NCBI RefSeq assembly: GCF_964204645.1
Contig: NC_134027.1
Span: forward strand, 16,648,485-16,712,484
Length of the DNA stretch: 64,000 nucleotides
Direction of reading: 5' to 3'
DNA from: Tubulanus polymorphus
Taxonomy: Eukaryota > Animalia > Nemertea
The notes below the pieces were generated by a model. That model worked only from the letters and a program-made list of their open reading frames with translations, was not told the DNA's origin and ran no database searches. Below, one piece after another: positions 13,330 through 25,800 of this stretch. The translations under genes and the position numbers were made by a program. Positions within the stretch are counted from its first letter, which is position 1. Every line of letters begins with the position of its first letter.

Positions 13330-14181
13330 TCCTCAAATATAATCATTCTGATTTTTCAATCTTGGCTTCGTTATTGTGGGATTTCTCTCGTTATCATCAT
13401 ACACGCATATTGTGTATCTTCTCGTCTTATGACGGTATGGTCTGTCCCATCCTGGCGGTTTGGTTTTAAGTTGCTATTACGTATTATAGATTTGATGGTA
13501 TTTGTTTTTCAAATTCATTTTTCATCTGTACCTATAAGCTGAAGGGTTTTTCATTTCTTTGTATAAACAGTCATGTATTAACAGCCAATTTTCGTTGTAA
13601 GCGTTATTCATGTCCAAAATAAGAAAATAAAGAAGAATAATAACACGTGAAGAAGTCCAGTCTACACGGTCAACTAGTTTATTATATACCACTTCAAGCG
13701 TTCAAGCACTTATTCTACTCTACAACACTTGTACACAGTAATATTGAATTTTTATAAGTTTCAATATTTTAATACAATGTTTTAGAGTGACTGTCAATAT
13801 AACTTAGGTGAAAGTAACTTTTATGTATTAATTTTATGTAGTAATTCGTAATTAGATATTCTTCTTGTAAACACTTCACTGATGTTTTTCTATTAAATTT
13901 CTAACTATTTGTATAAATCAGAGGTCAAAATGGATCTCACAAGTTTTATAATTATGTTTTGAAGTGGTCTAATGTAAACAACCACAAGTTCATTAAATCA
14001 TATGTCATAAATTTCAATTGTCGATTAGAAATTTTTCTAAATAGAGAAAAGGGATGTAATGTACAAAAGGGTTAATCCCAGTACAAGGGTGAAGGGTTCA
14101 GGATAATTATCCAGGGATGAAAACAGGAGGTATTGGTATCGGAAATTTTGAAACATTATGAATTTACCTTTACACTATATA

Positions 14182-15195
14182 CAGGGTGTCCCATTAATTA
14201 CTATACATAAAGAACTGCCCGTCATTTTCAAACAGCTTGAGATATATCAGCCAAATCTCCAGGATAGATGGATTACTATAATACTTTTCACCACAAAAAA
14301 TTACTTTACTAAAATCCAATTAGTTTACAAAATATACTAGATGAGAGAAGCTGTCAATTTTATCACATGATTCAGTCTATTGTTGAAATTTCTCTGTACG
14401 TTGCCAATCATCTGTGTTATTGCAGACGTTTCTCTTTAAATCATCAATAGTTTTTGGTTTGTTTTAGTACACTGTGTCCTTCAGCAGTAGCCCCACAATT
14501 AAAAGTCCAGTGGATTTAGGTCAGGCGAGTATGGGGCCCAGTAGCACAGTTTGCAGCGCTGAGATACTGTGACCAAAATGCCTATGCAGAACATCAATTG
14601 TTTTGCGTGCTGTAAAACATTGCACACCATTCTGTTGGAACCACACTGGATTGAGACTTCCTCTAGACATCTACACAGTTTTGTAATGGAGTACTGAATC
14701 GGCATCGTATGATAGCCGGCTCTATTCATAGTCACCATTTCCTTTTTTGTCAAAAAGTGTGGCCCGATTATAGGCCCATTGGATGACCTACTGTATGGCA
14801 AATCAAAAGATCACACCTAGTAGACAACAGACAGCTCACTTGATGACATTAAGTGGCTTCTCTGCAATCAGATAGGGATTTTAAACTCCAAAATCTGTGA
14901 TTCAGACTGACAGAAAGATTTGGTTTCCTAAAAAAACAGCATACAGTCTAGGCTTTTTGTTTCATTGACATACACATGATTTAAAAGTGATCTATTCTAA
15001 ATCGAAATTACACAAAATCCCTACAACAATGTAATCAGTTGCTAGGAAATCACTAAGCAAATTACCATAGCAACCATGATAATAATCAAAAAGTACCGTT
15101 ACATTCTATCCTTTGGTGGAAAATCGAAACATTTCATTGAGAAATGTGGAGGATACAGGCAGTTCTTTATGTATAGTAATTAATGGGACACCCTG
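14182..15195 (-). mobile_element. Tc1/mariner element (DD41D/DD37D-like), internally decayed
   Basis: Perfect 38-bp TIR CAGGGTGTCCCATTAATTACTATACATAAAGAACTGCC, TA TSD; remnants IIGPHF, VWFQQNGVQCFTA, WAPYSPDLNPLDF. Confidence 0.9.
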
Positions 15196-15273
15196 TATAA
15201 CCTACTGGAAAACATTTAATAATTCATTGACGATTTATTATTCCTAATTAAAAAGCGATCGCCATACGGAACG

Positions 15274-15401
15274 CAGTGGCGCTAGCAGTCGGTACTGAGG
15301 CATCATTATGATAAGGCATGTGAACACAGTGGCGCTAGCAGTCGGTACTGAGGCATGATATGTTAAGGCAAGCGAACACAGTGGCGGTAGCAGTCGGTAC
15401 T
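15274..15401. repeat. About 2.5 tandem copies of a unit of about 53 bp
   Basis: CAGTGGCGCTAGCAGTCGGTACT occurs three times with related intervening sequence. Confidence 0.85.
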
Positions 15402-16239
15402 TGGGAATTCTTATTTCAACGCCGGCGCGGTCCATTGCTAATAGGATAACGATTCTCATAGTTTTCACGTAAGATTATTGATTTTTTTTACACACACAAT
15501 TTGATCGTACATCCTAGCGATATACGGTTTTACGGTTCGGTTTGGTAGGCCTATGTTATCGCTAACGATGTCTGATTCAGAGAGAATGTCACAGAGTCCA
15601 CCCTCCCCCCATTTCTCCACGGATTTGCACTGATCTCAAGAATGATAAAAATGGGCCCTTGTCCACGGAAATCCGCGGATCCGCGGAAGATTTTCATCCC
15701 TGATTATCATGTGATCCGAAGTCACATGATGCTTAGCCGCAACAGGATCTGTCTTCTGTTCGTGGACACCAAGACGATAAGACGTGTCGAATAAACTAGC
15801 ATATGAAGTACAACCACTTAGTTTCGTGTTATGAGGATTTTGTTTTTGGGAAAGGACGATCCCCACATTACAATATCATAAATATTATCTGAATTGTTTT
15901 ATAAAGTCACTAGATTCACTTGTCTATTTTTCATGATTTTACCTCATTTATTTCGAAAAGAATGACAAATTTTGACTCAAAATTGCACAAAAACAATGAA
16001 TTGCAACAATCAAAATTTTTAACAGCTAATAATCAACAGAAACAGCACCTACCGACTAATGATATGCCACTGCGAGCGTGAACGTGAAACCTATGTTTTT
16101 CCGTCTCAACCATGGGTCGAGTATGAACTTGAAAGGGTTAAATCTACTGCTTGTATTATGAAGATATTTTAAACTGCAATTCAATTCAATGTTATCTTAA
16201 TTGCACCACGATGAATCGATAGTTTGGCAGTTTGATGAA

Positions 16240-17340
16240 TCCGCGGGAGGCCTTCACCCCCACTCCCTTCCAAGAGTGATTCTAACTGAAGTTAACTATC
16301 AAAGTTTTGAGATGCTCCCTAAGGGCAATACCTGACCCATGGAGCTGATGGAGCCTAGGTGTGACAAGTAACGATCTGTCCAGCTTATTGGAAATTCCTG
16401 CTACAGTCTACTGAAGTTTTGTTACTCGGGCCATACATGCAAACACTATACCCAGATATGTGAATTGTTGGACCGGGGCAAACTGAGACATTTCCTTGTT
16501 TACGCAAAACCCTAACTGGTGAACTAACTCCAAGACTGTGGCCATTGCCACCCGATATTCTTGAGCCATGTTTGCTAGAGTAGACTCCGCCTAACTCGGT
16601 TCTAATTGCAAGTTTACCGAGTTAGCTGAATATTGACTTCATCGATAAACTTCATGTAACATTAGATATATGACAATTAATTTGTGTGTCCATTATAGGC
16701 ATTATTAGGTCCATTTAATAGTTTATAGGAAAATGGTTTGGGGTTTTTGGGAAAGTAAGCTGCAAGAGGGGCTCGGGGGATTGTACACACAAAAGGCAAA
16801 AAAAATAGATAGGCAGATAACATTAGGCTATCCATGGACATTAGTGTTCTACCGTCAGTTTTTTTTCCAGAGAGTAGATGTATTAATAAAGAACAGGGGA
16901 ACATTGAGGAAACTTTCTGTATGAAAGGGGAATAATTAATCTCCTTTGAATGAAAAAAAAACTTTTACTTCATTTTCTGATCATGGGAATTGGACCATTT
17001 ACCTTACGCAGTTAGATATCTATAGTTGTGATTATATTGGGTCACGGGGAAGCAAAGAAGTATTATCGTATATACTAAATAGGCTCTAACTCCAATCAAA
17101 TGATTACTCCAAGCTCCCCATGGAGACTAGCCTCCAACGAGAATGAAACACTCCACTTCTATCAACACAAGGTCATCTCCAGCTAACTCAAAGGCCAAGT
17201 GTCATGGGCAGAAGATGGATTTGAGCATAAAATCTACGAGGTAAGGCAGTTAAGCGAGTAGAGCAACAGTGAATAGGGGATACATTTTATAGAGAGATGT
17301 ACCGCATCTTCAGACACGACCTACTAGCACTATAGAATCC
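16240..17340 (-). mobile_element. Old DIRS-type fragments (RT piece about 16240-16590; possible recombinase C-terminus about 17050-17340)
   Basis: LVHQLGFCVNKEMSQFAPVQQFTYLGIVF and LGSISSMGQVLPLG are DIRS RT-like; AHDT...GAWSN...AYL is a weaker recombinase-like match. Confidence 0.55.
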
Positions 17341-17390
17341 ATCACCACCAAAAGCAAGTATGCAAAAAGAATCACAATACATGTACTTAC

Positions 17391-17552
17391 TTTTTGAATT
17401 CTCCAACAAAATGATCAACCAATACTTGGTCAAACAATGAACCGCCAATGTAATCATTTTCAATTGAGGAGATTATTCTATACAAGCCATTACTGACATT
17501 AACGATTGTCAAATGAAGAGATGAACCACCCATTTTGTACACTATAACATTT
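17391..17552 (-). CDS. HSPA14: HSPA14 coding exon, 162 bp, phase 2/2
   Basis: tttcag|A AAT...AAA AA|gtaagt; NVIVYKMGGSSLHLTIVNVSNGLYRIISSIENDYIGGSLFDQVLVDHFVGEFK. K-M-GG-S-S in place of canonical DLGGGT is HSPA14-like. Confidence 0.93.
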
Positions 17553-17639
17553 CTGAAATAAATAAGAATCATCTTTTACAAAACAGCAGTTGGATTAAAT
17601 TACATTCGGCAGACCACATTTAACTAGAGGTCCGAAGGT

Positions 17640-18780
17640 CCTGTGCTCAGACAACAAATGCACACAATGAACCACTCTCCTGCAATGACTTTGATCAAAC
17701 TGACTAACGAAATTGCAAATAACATAGATAATAAAAAGACAACAATTGGAATATTTGTGGACCTTTCTAAAGCTTTTGATACTGTAAACCATCAAATCCA
17801 AAAAAACTTAAATTCTATGGTATCAAGGGATTGCCCCTACTTTGGTTTAAAAATTACCTAGAAAATAGACGCCAAGTCGTGCAAATAGAAAATTATATAT
17901 CGGACCCCTTGAAATCAGTATACGAGTTCTGCAAGTGTCCATTCTAGGGCCCTTACTGTTTTTATTATATATTAATGACAGCACCAATGTGAGTAATCGC
18001 ATTAATCTTGTTCGCCGATGACATGAACGCCTTTATCAGTGATACCGACCACTGTCGCATTATCCTAAACATAAATGCTGAATTATCTAAATTATCAATA
18101 TGGTTTCAAGCAAACAAATTATCATTGGACTTGAAAAAAACCAATTATATAGTATTCGGTCCTAATTTACCTAACAACATATTTATTCGTATAAATGGTA
18201 AACCAATAGACCGCGTAAAACATACCAATTGATGAAAAATTATAGTGGAAAGAACATATTAATAATACTAGAATAAGAGTTAGCGGTGTAGGTACACCGA
18301 ATCGACTAAAGCATATTCTACCACAACGTATTCTCACCAATTTATATTTTGCTCTTATCCACCCACTCCTAAGCTACTGTAATATTGTATGGTCGTCAAA
18401 TCATTCAAATCTCTAAAAACCCTTTACTCCTATTACAAAATCGTGCCGATAGAATCATCACTAACTCCTACTATCTAGAACATTCTAATCCACTTGACTT
18501 AACATTTTGAAAATCCAAGATATTAATAAATTCCAAACTGGTTGTTTCATAATAGATGTATGGTATATGGTTGTTTCATGTATAACTACTCCCATAATAA
18601 TATTCCTCAGAGTTTAGAAAATTATTTCCCTCTAAGAAATCAATTTCACAGCCGTTTTACTAGAAACCGCAATGACCTAAACGTTCATTATTTCCAGGGA
18701 CAGTTAAAAAAGCATTCGTTAAAGGTTCTAGGCCCCCAATTTTGGAATAGATTAAGTACAGACATAATAAATTGCCCATG
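17640..18780 (+). mobile_element. CR1/L2-clade LINE 3' fragment (RT), decayed
   Basis: GIFVDLSKAFDTVNHQI, SILGPLLFLLYIND, LFADD, WFQANKLSL..KKT, GPQFWN; starts about 90 bp from an HSPA14 acceptor. Confidence 0.9.
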
Positions 18781-19757
18781 GGCATAGTGTGGTTTACCTT
18801 GAAAGCTAGAGGTTGTTTGGAGGAAGGGCATTGCTTGAAAAATCTTTTTAATTTGTGACTTCGAAGTTCTAGAAGTTTATATTGTATTTTATCTTTCTTA
18901 AAATGAAACAATACCTATGGTAATATGTGAAATAATTATATTACCACCAGCGATGAGCATTTAAAATTCGCACATATATGGCACCTAATCCAATGAACTA
19001 AAGCGCCATTAATGGCTTTCCCATAATTATTTTAGTAGCGCCGGAATTCCCCGTTTATTCCAAAAACAGCCAATCTCATTCGCTCGTAGAGACGACGACG
19101 CCTCCCAATCGAGGTCATTGCAATTTTACACACGAGAGCTAAGAATTTTCCCGCCAAAAACAGCTTTTCGTCGAATATAAACAAAGTTGACCATGTCATC
19201 GACGGAGGTTCGTCATGTCTTCAATCGCATCGATTATACGTCGCTTAACCCGAAAACCAATGAAAAAATGCTCACATGAAAAAACGTACCGTGATTTTAC
19301 ATGAATTGGCTTGATGCCAACCTCATACTGCTGACATACTGCGAATTCATAGCACAAAACCAGTTAGTTAAATGCCTTTTACTACTAAAACAGATTATCA
19401 TCAGTCAGGAGTCTATAGGAGTCAGGAGCTATATCATCAATCATTCTATGCAGTGTGTCAGTTATATCATCTATTGAACTGGGAACTGAACACCATGAAT
19501 GGGCCTATATTCTGCAAAATACTCCCTCTGTAATGGTGATTGCAATAGATTGTATCACTCTTAGAAGAAATGCTGTTTCATTTTACATGAAACAAAACAA
19601 GACCAGATGAACAAAATTAAACAAATTTGATGAAAATGTCCCTTCTAGTTTTTGTTTTATGAACCTGTGGAAAACACGAAAATCCTGGCAAAACACAGCA
19701 TTTCCTAAATAAATAGGCAGGCAGGCAGAGTTAATAGCAGGGTCTCTAAAACAGCAG

Positions 19758-19853
19758 GGGCCAGTTGCACAGTCGTGACTTTCAAGTCCAAAAGTGGTCA
19801 GAAGTTGGTCTTAGACTGGCCTTAAGTCTAAGCCATGACAGTACAACCGGCCC
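19758..19853. mobile_element. Harbinger-like MITE (longer copy at about 44142-44279)
   Basis: GGGCCAGTTGCAC / GTACAACCGGCCC termini, 3-bp TSD CAG; second homologous copy with TGGTCTTA repeats. Confidence 0.72.
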
Positions 19854-20359
19854 CAGGGTCTCAACCAATGACTGAAGGCCAAAACAGGGTTCATAGTTGT
19901 AAGACTATGGTAAAATAAGCACTTTTTTCAAAGCAAAGTAAGCACTTTTGACTGGAAAATCAGGATAGAAATTATGAATTTCACTACCATTCAATCTCAT
20001 GTGCAAAATGCATATGCCAAACTGCAGCAGCTTCACAAAAAAATTTGCAAATTTTTTTGAGCCAATGACCAAATGAATTTTGAATTGGTTGGAGTGGGCC
20101 TATTGATTTTAGCACCAAAAATGAAAGGTTGAAAATAGAATATATATTCTTATATAAAATAAAGAATGTATAATCTTATTTGAAATATATAACTTTTCAG
20201 ATTACAGATCTTATAAAATGGAAGGGAATGTAGCTTCCTTCATTGAGTATATTCCGCAAAATGTCAAAACATACAAACATACTGACTTTTTGTTTATTTC
20301 ATAGAAATCAAAACAAATACTGGCTATGATTATTTTTTTAATATACAAATAAATACCGA

Positions 20360-20945
20360 CAGGAATCCTGAATGATAGATAGGTCTTAAAGGTGAATTGC
20401 GTTTATGAATTTTAGGAAGACCATAAGCATAAGGAAGGTTTTGGAGCTGAGAGTTGAATTCGGAGATGAAATCTGAATGATTGGGAAATTTCTGAGATGT
20501 TTTTCAAACCTAAATTAAAAGCAGATTGCATCTTTTTCAAAGGGTTGTTTTTGATGGATTTGTAGAAATTGGAATCACCGAAAAAGCAGACACGTTAGAA
20601 TTCTAATTGATCAAATCTTGAATAACAATTTTAACGCCTTTACCAGCCTTGGAGATGCGGATGGTTTTGATGGATTTTAGTTCCTGGAGAGAAATCGTTT
20701 CTTAAGCTGGTGTACCGCGCAAAGATTCTTAATGCCTGAATGAAGAGAGTGCCAAAGGAAGCCATCAGGTATATGGTGTCTGAGAAAACGTTCTGCTTGT
20801 CGCATTTTATAGAAAGTAAAGTTGGTAGTTTCTTTAGCTTCCAAAATGCAATGTCTGAGATGGGATGGTGCTTCATGGGAAGGTTTGAATAAGCACTTAT
20901 TAGCGCCATTTCAAAACCCAAAATAAGTGCAATCCTGTAGAAGCT
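20360..20945 (-). mobile_element. Penelope-like retroelement fragment (RT N-terminal region)
   Basis: KAGKGVKIVIQD (PADKG motif position) and PYAYGLPKIHKRNSPLRPI. Confidence 0.78.
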
Positions 20946-22143
20946 TCAGCTAGTGCAGATTACACCGAAAGTGGCCATTTAAACACCTGTATGTGCCCGG
21001 TAAGGTAAAAATACCTTGGTTTACGGTTCATGTCCAAAATTTGATTGGGTAGGTAGGTACGGAAAAAATTCATTTAAAAAAATTATTTTCAATATCACTG
21101 ATCAAGGGTAGCTAATGGAAGTAATGTATCAGTTTACCCTCACCTCAAAAGTTGATGAGAGTTTATCATCATTCATTATTTTAGTCACAAAATAATCAGC
21201 AACACCAAAAAAGAACTTTAACAACAAGAGACGTGTATTTTGTTCCATCTACCATATTCATTCGAGAGGTTTTACAAATATGTTAATTATAGATCACCTG
21301 TGAATTCCTCTTATCAGAGAAAATGTTGACGCTGAAGAAATGTGTGAAACTGCTAGGCCTCTCCTCTAGTACTAGGTGGTATTATATCCCGTACCTAGTT
21401 CTCCAGTTTTAACCCCCCTCCAAAAAAAAAATTATCTTATCAACATATATTATTTATAATGCCTGTTGAATCAGAGACTTGAACAAAAGAAAAAAAAATA
21501 GGCTATTAGAATTCAACAGAGACCTAGACTGACAATTCCAATGATTTCTGGCAGCACTTGTAGTAAAATTTGGCAAAAGCTTCAATTTATAGTGAATAGA
21601 AGGCGCTAGTGGTAGCTCAGCTGTCAAAATAAGTTAGCTCACAAGGCAGTCACATTCTGATAATAATCCCTGAGTTTCAGGTGATAAACATTGCAATCCA
21701 AACGTTTAACGGCAATCTACATATTAATCAGGGTTTTCGGTTTCTCCACAGAAAACCCTATTGATATTCATGTGATTTATTCTTTTTTTCCCTTTACCAC
21801 ACTATTTTCGTCGAAAGAACAAAGGCTTTTTACATTACCGCTGTTTCCAATACAATTCGTATAGTATCGTTTAGCTCTCTTCGATCTACAAATGCTCCGT
21901 CGGTATTTCGATGAATCGACGTTATAAAAGCACTATCGGGCTGTAAACATCGAAAATTGGGCCCCATTCAATGAGGCGACATGTTTTTTTGAGTCGTCAT
22001 CCCAAAATTCACCGCAGACTGCGCGTCACTTGAATTATCAATTCAAGTATAAATAAACAAATTAATTACCGCGAGACTTCACATTCAGCCGCAGTCTTCA
22101 AACTAACCCGTCAAAATAACCAATGTCTGAAAAAACCTCTTAA

Positions 22144-22941
22144 AGGCCGAGGAGTATGGATGCTAGTTAACCGGGTGGCAAACACTTGAGATCAGTCGTC
22201 CCACTTTTACAGTATCTTGTTTAAAATGTTTAGAGTGAGCGAGGTTGGCTCACAACAGAAAAGCAGGTCACACACAGTAAAATTTGACAAATTCATAAAA
22301 GTTTTCATATCAAGTTCTAAACTAATTTTAAATAATCTAGTCATAGTGGGAATGAAAATCTGATGCTAGCGATCTTTTTTGTAGAGATAGGGCCAAGATT
22401 AAAAATTTTAGAGACATTTCAAATTTTTTGAAAATCATCAATTTTTATCCGATTTCGATGAAATTTGGACACAACATTGATGGTAGATAGCTGAACAAGT
22501 GTACGAAATTTCAGACTGATCCATTAACCATAGAAAAAGTTTTGATGTTGCCAAATTTTGGTACTATGAATGAGGCTATGTTTTGTTTATGTATACTGAT
22601 GACTATAGGTATCAAATTACTGTTAATGTGCTCTGTGAGCTACACTAATTCACTGGATAACTCCTCCCTCTATGTCATTCAAAGATTCAAATTTTGAAGG
22701 AAATACCAACTAAAAAGCTTAATTTCTCGTAGAGGAGGGCCTAAAACACATTTTTGACTGCAGAAATGAATATATTACACATTAATACATATGTCTGACA
22801 AAAAGGAGGGTCCAAATCGGATAACTGACAGAGAAAATAGGAGATTTCCAGTTTCAACCGTTGGAGCTCTCCACTGCACTATTGCTTCATGGGTACTGCC
22901 ATCTTTGACATTGATCGGGCTTTTATACTGCTCCTCGGCCT
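22144..22941. mobile_element. Kolobok-like non-autonomous element
   Basis: TTAA|AGGCCGAGGAG ... CTCCTCGGCCT|TTAA; a related end sits inverted at about 41928-42075. Confidence 0.75.
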
Positions 22942-23213
22942 TTAAAGACAAGGCAAAGGTGGCAAAACTCTAGTTATCTTGTAAATTAATGTTAATGAAA
23001 ATTAAATCAAATACTGTTAAGTTAATCTTAAGCTTTCCAGTTTTAATTTGAAGTTTTATCTCCGGTTTTGATGTTTTTATATTGGAAACTTTTTTGAAAT
23101 ACAGGTCACGTTTTTGTAAATGACTGAGGCACTTCCTCGAGTACATACCTATCATTTAGGTATAATTGCTGTTGTGGGGATAAAACAACATTTTCATGTC
23201 AATTGGTCATTAA

Positions 23214-25800
23214 CCCTTTCGCACCCAGTTGTACCAGTTGACACTGGTTACCAGGGATCCCGGCTGTACATTGCAACAATAAACCAAAATTAGTAACTTA
23301 AAATTTCTAACTTCAAATTCCTCTAGTGCCAAAACTTTTGCTCCTAGCCTTTAGCTGTAAAAACTTTCTAGAGCACATTCTGCAGATTCTTATGGTATAT
23401 GATGTTTTTAGATTTGACAAAAGAAAATTTGGTAAAATTTGAAGTTTTTTGTATAAAAATGTATGAAATCTGCCGAATTTTGTGGGAAAAGTTTATAATG
23501 TCTGTAAAATCAGAAATAAATGCTAACTGCACTACAAAATGTGATCTTAATTACATATATGACAATAAAAATAGAGAAATATTAATATCATTACTTTTCT
23601 TTTTGGAGGAAATGGCGTTCATAGTACCGTACATAGTGCTTCTGCGTATGAAAAATTTCAAACACGGCACAGCGCATAGTCCAACTTTAGGAACACAATT
23701 TTTGCACCTGTATACTGTTTGTTTTTGTCTAAGGTAATTTCTTGGGTTCACTGGATCTCTCTTTGTACATACAGCGCAGTTAGGTTTCTGGTCAACTTTT
23801 TCGAGGAAATGTCTTTCAGTCAGACGCATCTCATTATCACCTGCTGGGACAACTGTCGGACGGGTCCTCGAGTATCCCTCCAAAGTTCTTTCGCTAAATC
23901 CAACAAAAAGTCATGATGTTCACTGGGGTTAGTTGTCACTGACTTATACAGCAGATAAGCATTTGTAATCGTAGTGACAATGAGGTGAAATAATACCTTT
24001 TTCCACCACTTGACCGTACGTTGAGTAACACTGAAATACGAATTCATTTGATCTGATCGATCAACTCCTTCCTCCCATAAAAAAGTTGTAATCCTTTACC
24101 GCGGTGGGTTTATCAACTTATCTATATCCATTTTGTTGGCGTCTGTCACGAATAGATTTCTTACAGTATCTGATGAATGAATAGTTGAAAGCAGACAAAC
24201 TGGGCGTTTGTCCATCCATCCGATGGCTAAAACCTTTTCATTATATTTATAGATAGGGGAAATTTCGCGAAGAATTCGCTCAGTAGTCTTTCTGTTGAAT
24301 CTTTCTGTTGGACCGTTCCACATGCACCTATCCCCATTGTTTTTAGATCCTCACATAATGCTACATTTGAATAAAAGTTGTCCGTGTACAGTACATGACC
24401 ATGTTGAAGTCCGTCCAGAAGATTTTTGACCACTTTCGAACTCAAGTCTTTCTCTACAAGGTCACCATCTTTCCCAGAATATAGCTTCCAGTCATATACA
24501 TATCCAGTTCCACTGACTGCAAGCACCCAAGCTTTCATTCCCCATTTCTTGGGTTTTTTGGGCATATATAGCATAAAATGAATACGTCCCTTGAAGGCCA
24601 CCATACATTCATCTATTGATATGTTTTTCTCGAGATTATACGCTTGCTGCCAAGCGGTAGCTAAATCTTGACTAAAAGATTTGATTTTAAAACACCTATC
24701 ATATCCAGGCTGACCTTGTGGTACAGCCTGTGTATTGTCCACAGTGTGTAGAAACCTCAATATATCCTGAAACCTATTTCTTGATATAACCGACCTTATA
24801 CCAGGCATTTCTATCATCCAGTTGGTACTCCACATGTTTGAAAGGATCTTTTCTGCATGTTGCTGCAACTATAATAATTGCTAAAAAAGTATTCATTTCC
24901 TGATGAGTAACGGGCTGCCATGAATTCACCACAGATGCTTTTGCATTTTGTCCAGCGGCATACTGGTTGAAGTAACGATTTGTTTCTGTTACTAATTTGT
25001 CAACTATATGTGGCAATAATGTTAGGTTAAAAAAATCCTTTTTAGTGTACCCTGTAGTATCAACTACAGGCTTTCCTTGATTTGGTGTATTCAAATTCTG
25101 CAACCAATCTGGCATAGTCCCGTCGTGGTCCTGCCAGTTATCTAGCAATGGCGCATTTGGAACTGCATGGCCGCGACCCCTGCCTCGACCCCTGCCTCTT
25201 CCTCTTCCTCTAGCTGGAGCAGCCTTTCCCCTGCCTCTAGGCCTAGCAGGAACCCTAACAGGAGATCTGGATCTGCTTCTCTGTCTATTAGGGGGAATAA
25301 TTCTACCTCTAGGCCTGCCACGATCATCTTGATTATCAGATTGATTGTCACTGTCATGATCACTACCAGAATCAGGGGCAGGGGCAGGTGGGGGAGACGG
25401 GGGAGGCAGTGGATTGTCCTCATCTGATGCATAATTGTCGTCATTATCAGAAACATTTGACTGGGATTCATCATGTTCGTCGCTATATTCAGAATCAGAC
25501 GGCAAATCGTCATCTCCAGAGTCATCATCTTCGAAAATTTCATCTAATACCTGGCTAACATTATGATTTTTCACGTAAAAATACTCCAAAACTTTGAATT
25601 GCAACTTCGTAAAATTTTTACGGCGGCTAATCGACTGGGACGCCGTCTATACTAGGCACTGTCTAAAACGCGGATCCGGCGCCGCATGCCAGAGAATCTC
25701 GAGGCAATGTAGCGGGTGGTCATGATTCGACATTAGTCGAACATGGAAATTAAACTGACAACAATTGGATTTGACTAAAGTCCAACATGGGCAATAAGGG
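23214..25800 (-). mobile_element. Full-length piggyBac transposon with frameshifted PGBD4-like transposase
   Basis: TTAA|CCCTT...AAGGG|TTAA; acidic and RG-rich N-terminus, catalytic SIDECMV / YTDNFY / GVDRSDQ, KPKKWG, KWWKKVLFHL, C-terminal Cys-rich domain CAVC..CKNC..LC..PC. Confidence 0.95.

Larger units (their letters stand above)
14112..15702. mobile_element. Non-autonomous DNA transposon, CAGGGATG termini, 6-bp TSD
   Basis: 12-bp TIR CAGGGATGAAAA / TTTTCATCCCTG; TSD ATTATC; the empty site can be read from the sister LTRs. Confidence 0.88.
1594..15872 (+). mobile_element. Gypsy/Ty3 LTR retrotransposon, decayed, with nested insertions
   Basis: TGTAAT...ATTACA outer termini, 4-bp TSD ATAT (1590-1593, 15873-15876), PBS, PPT, and gag-PR-RT-RH-IN order with many stops and frameshifts. 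Confidence 0.93.
14055..15872 (+). repeat. 3' LTR split by a DNA transposon
   Basis: PPT AGAGAAAAGGGA at 14043-14054; LTR halves 14055-14111 and 15703-15872 rejoin across the ATTATC duplication. Confidence 0.9.

Noticed and set aside
15274-15401. Repeat-spacer-repeat pattern resembling a mini CRISPR array
   Set aside because: The apparent spacers are homologous to each other, so it is a tandem repeat of about 53 bp inside a DNA transposon
1-17390. Next HSPA14 exon (KL...AE..K..LS region)
   Set aside because: No matching minus-strand exon found by eye; probably beyond the left edge, though a miss cannot be excluded
18930-19400. Possible Crypton-like remnant
   Set aside because: Only vague compositional resemblance; no recombinase motif or defined termini
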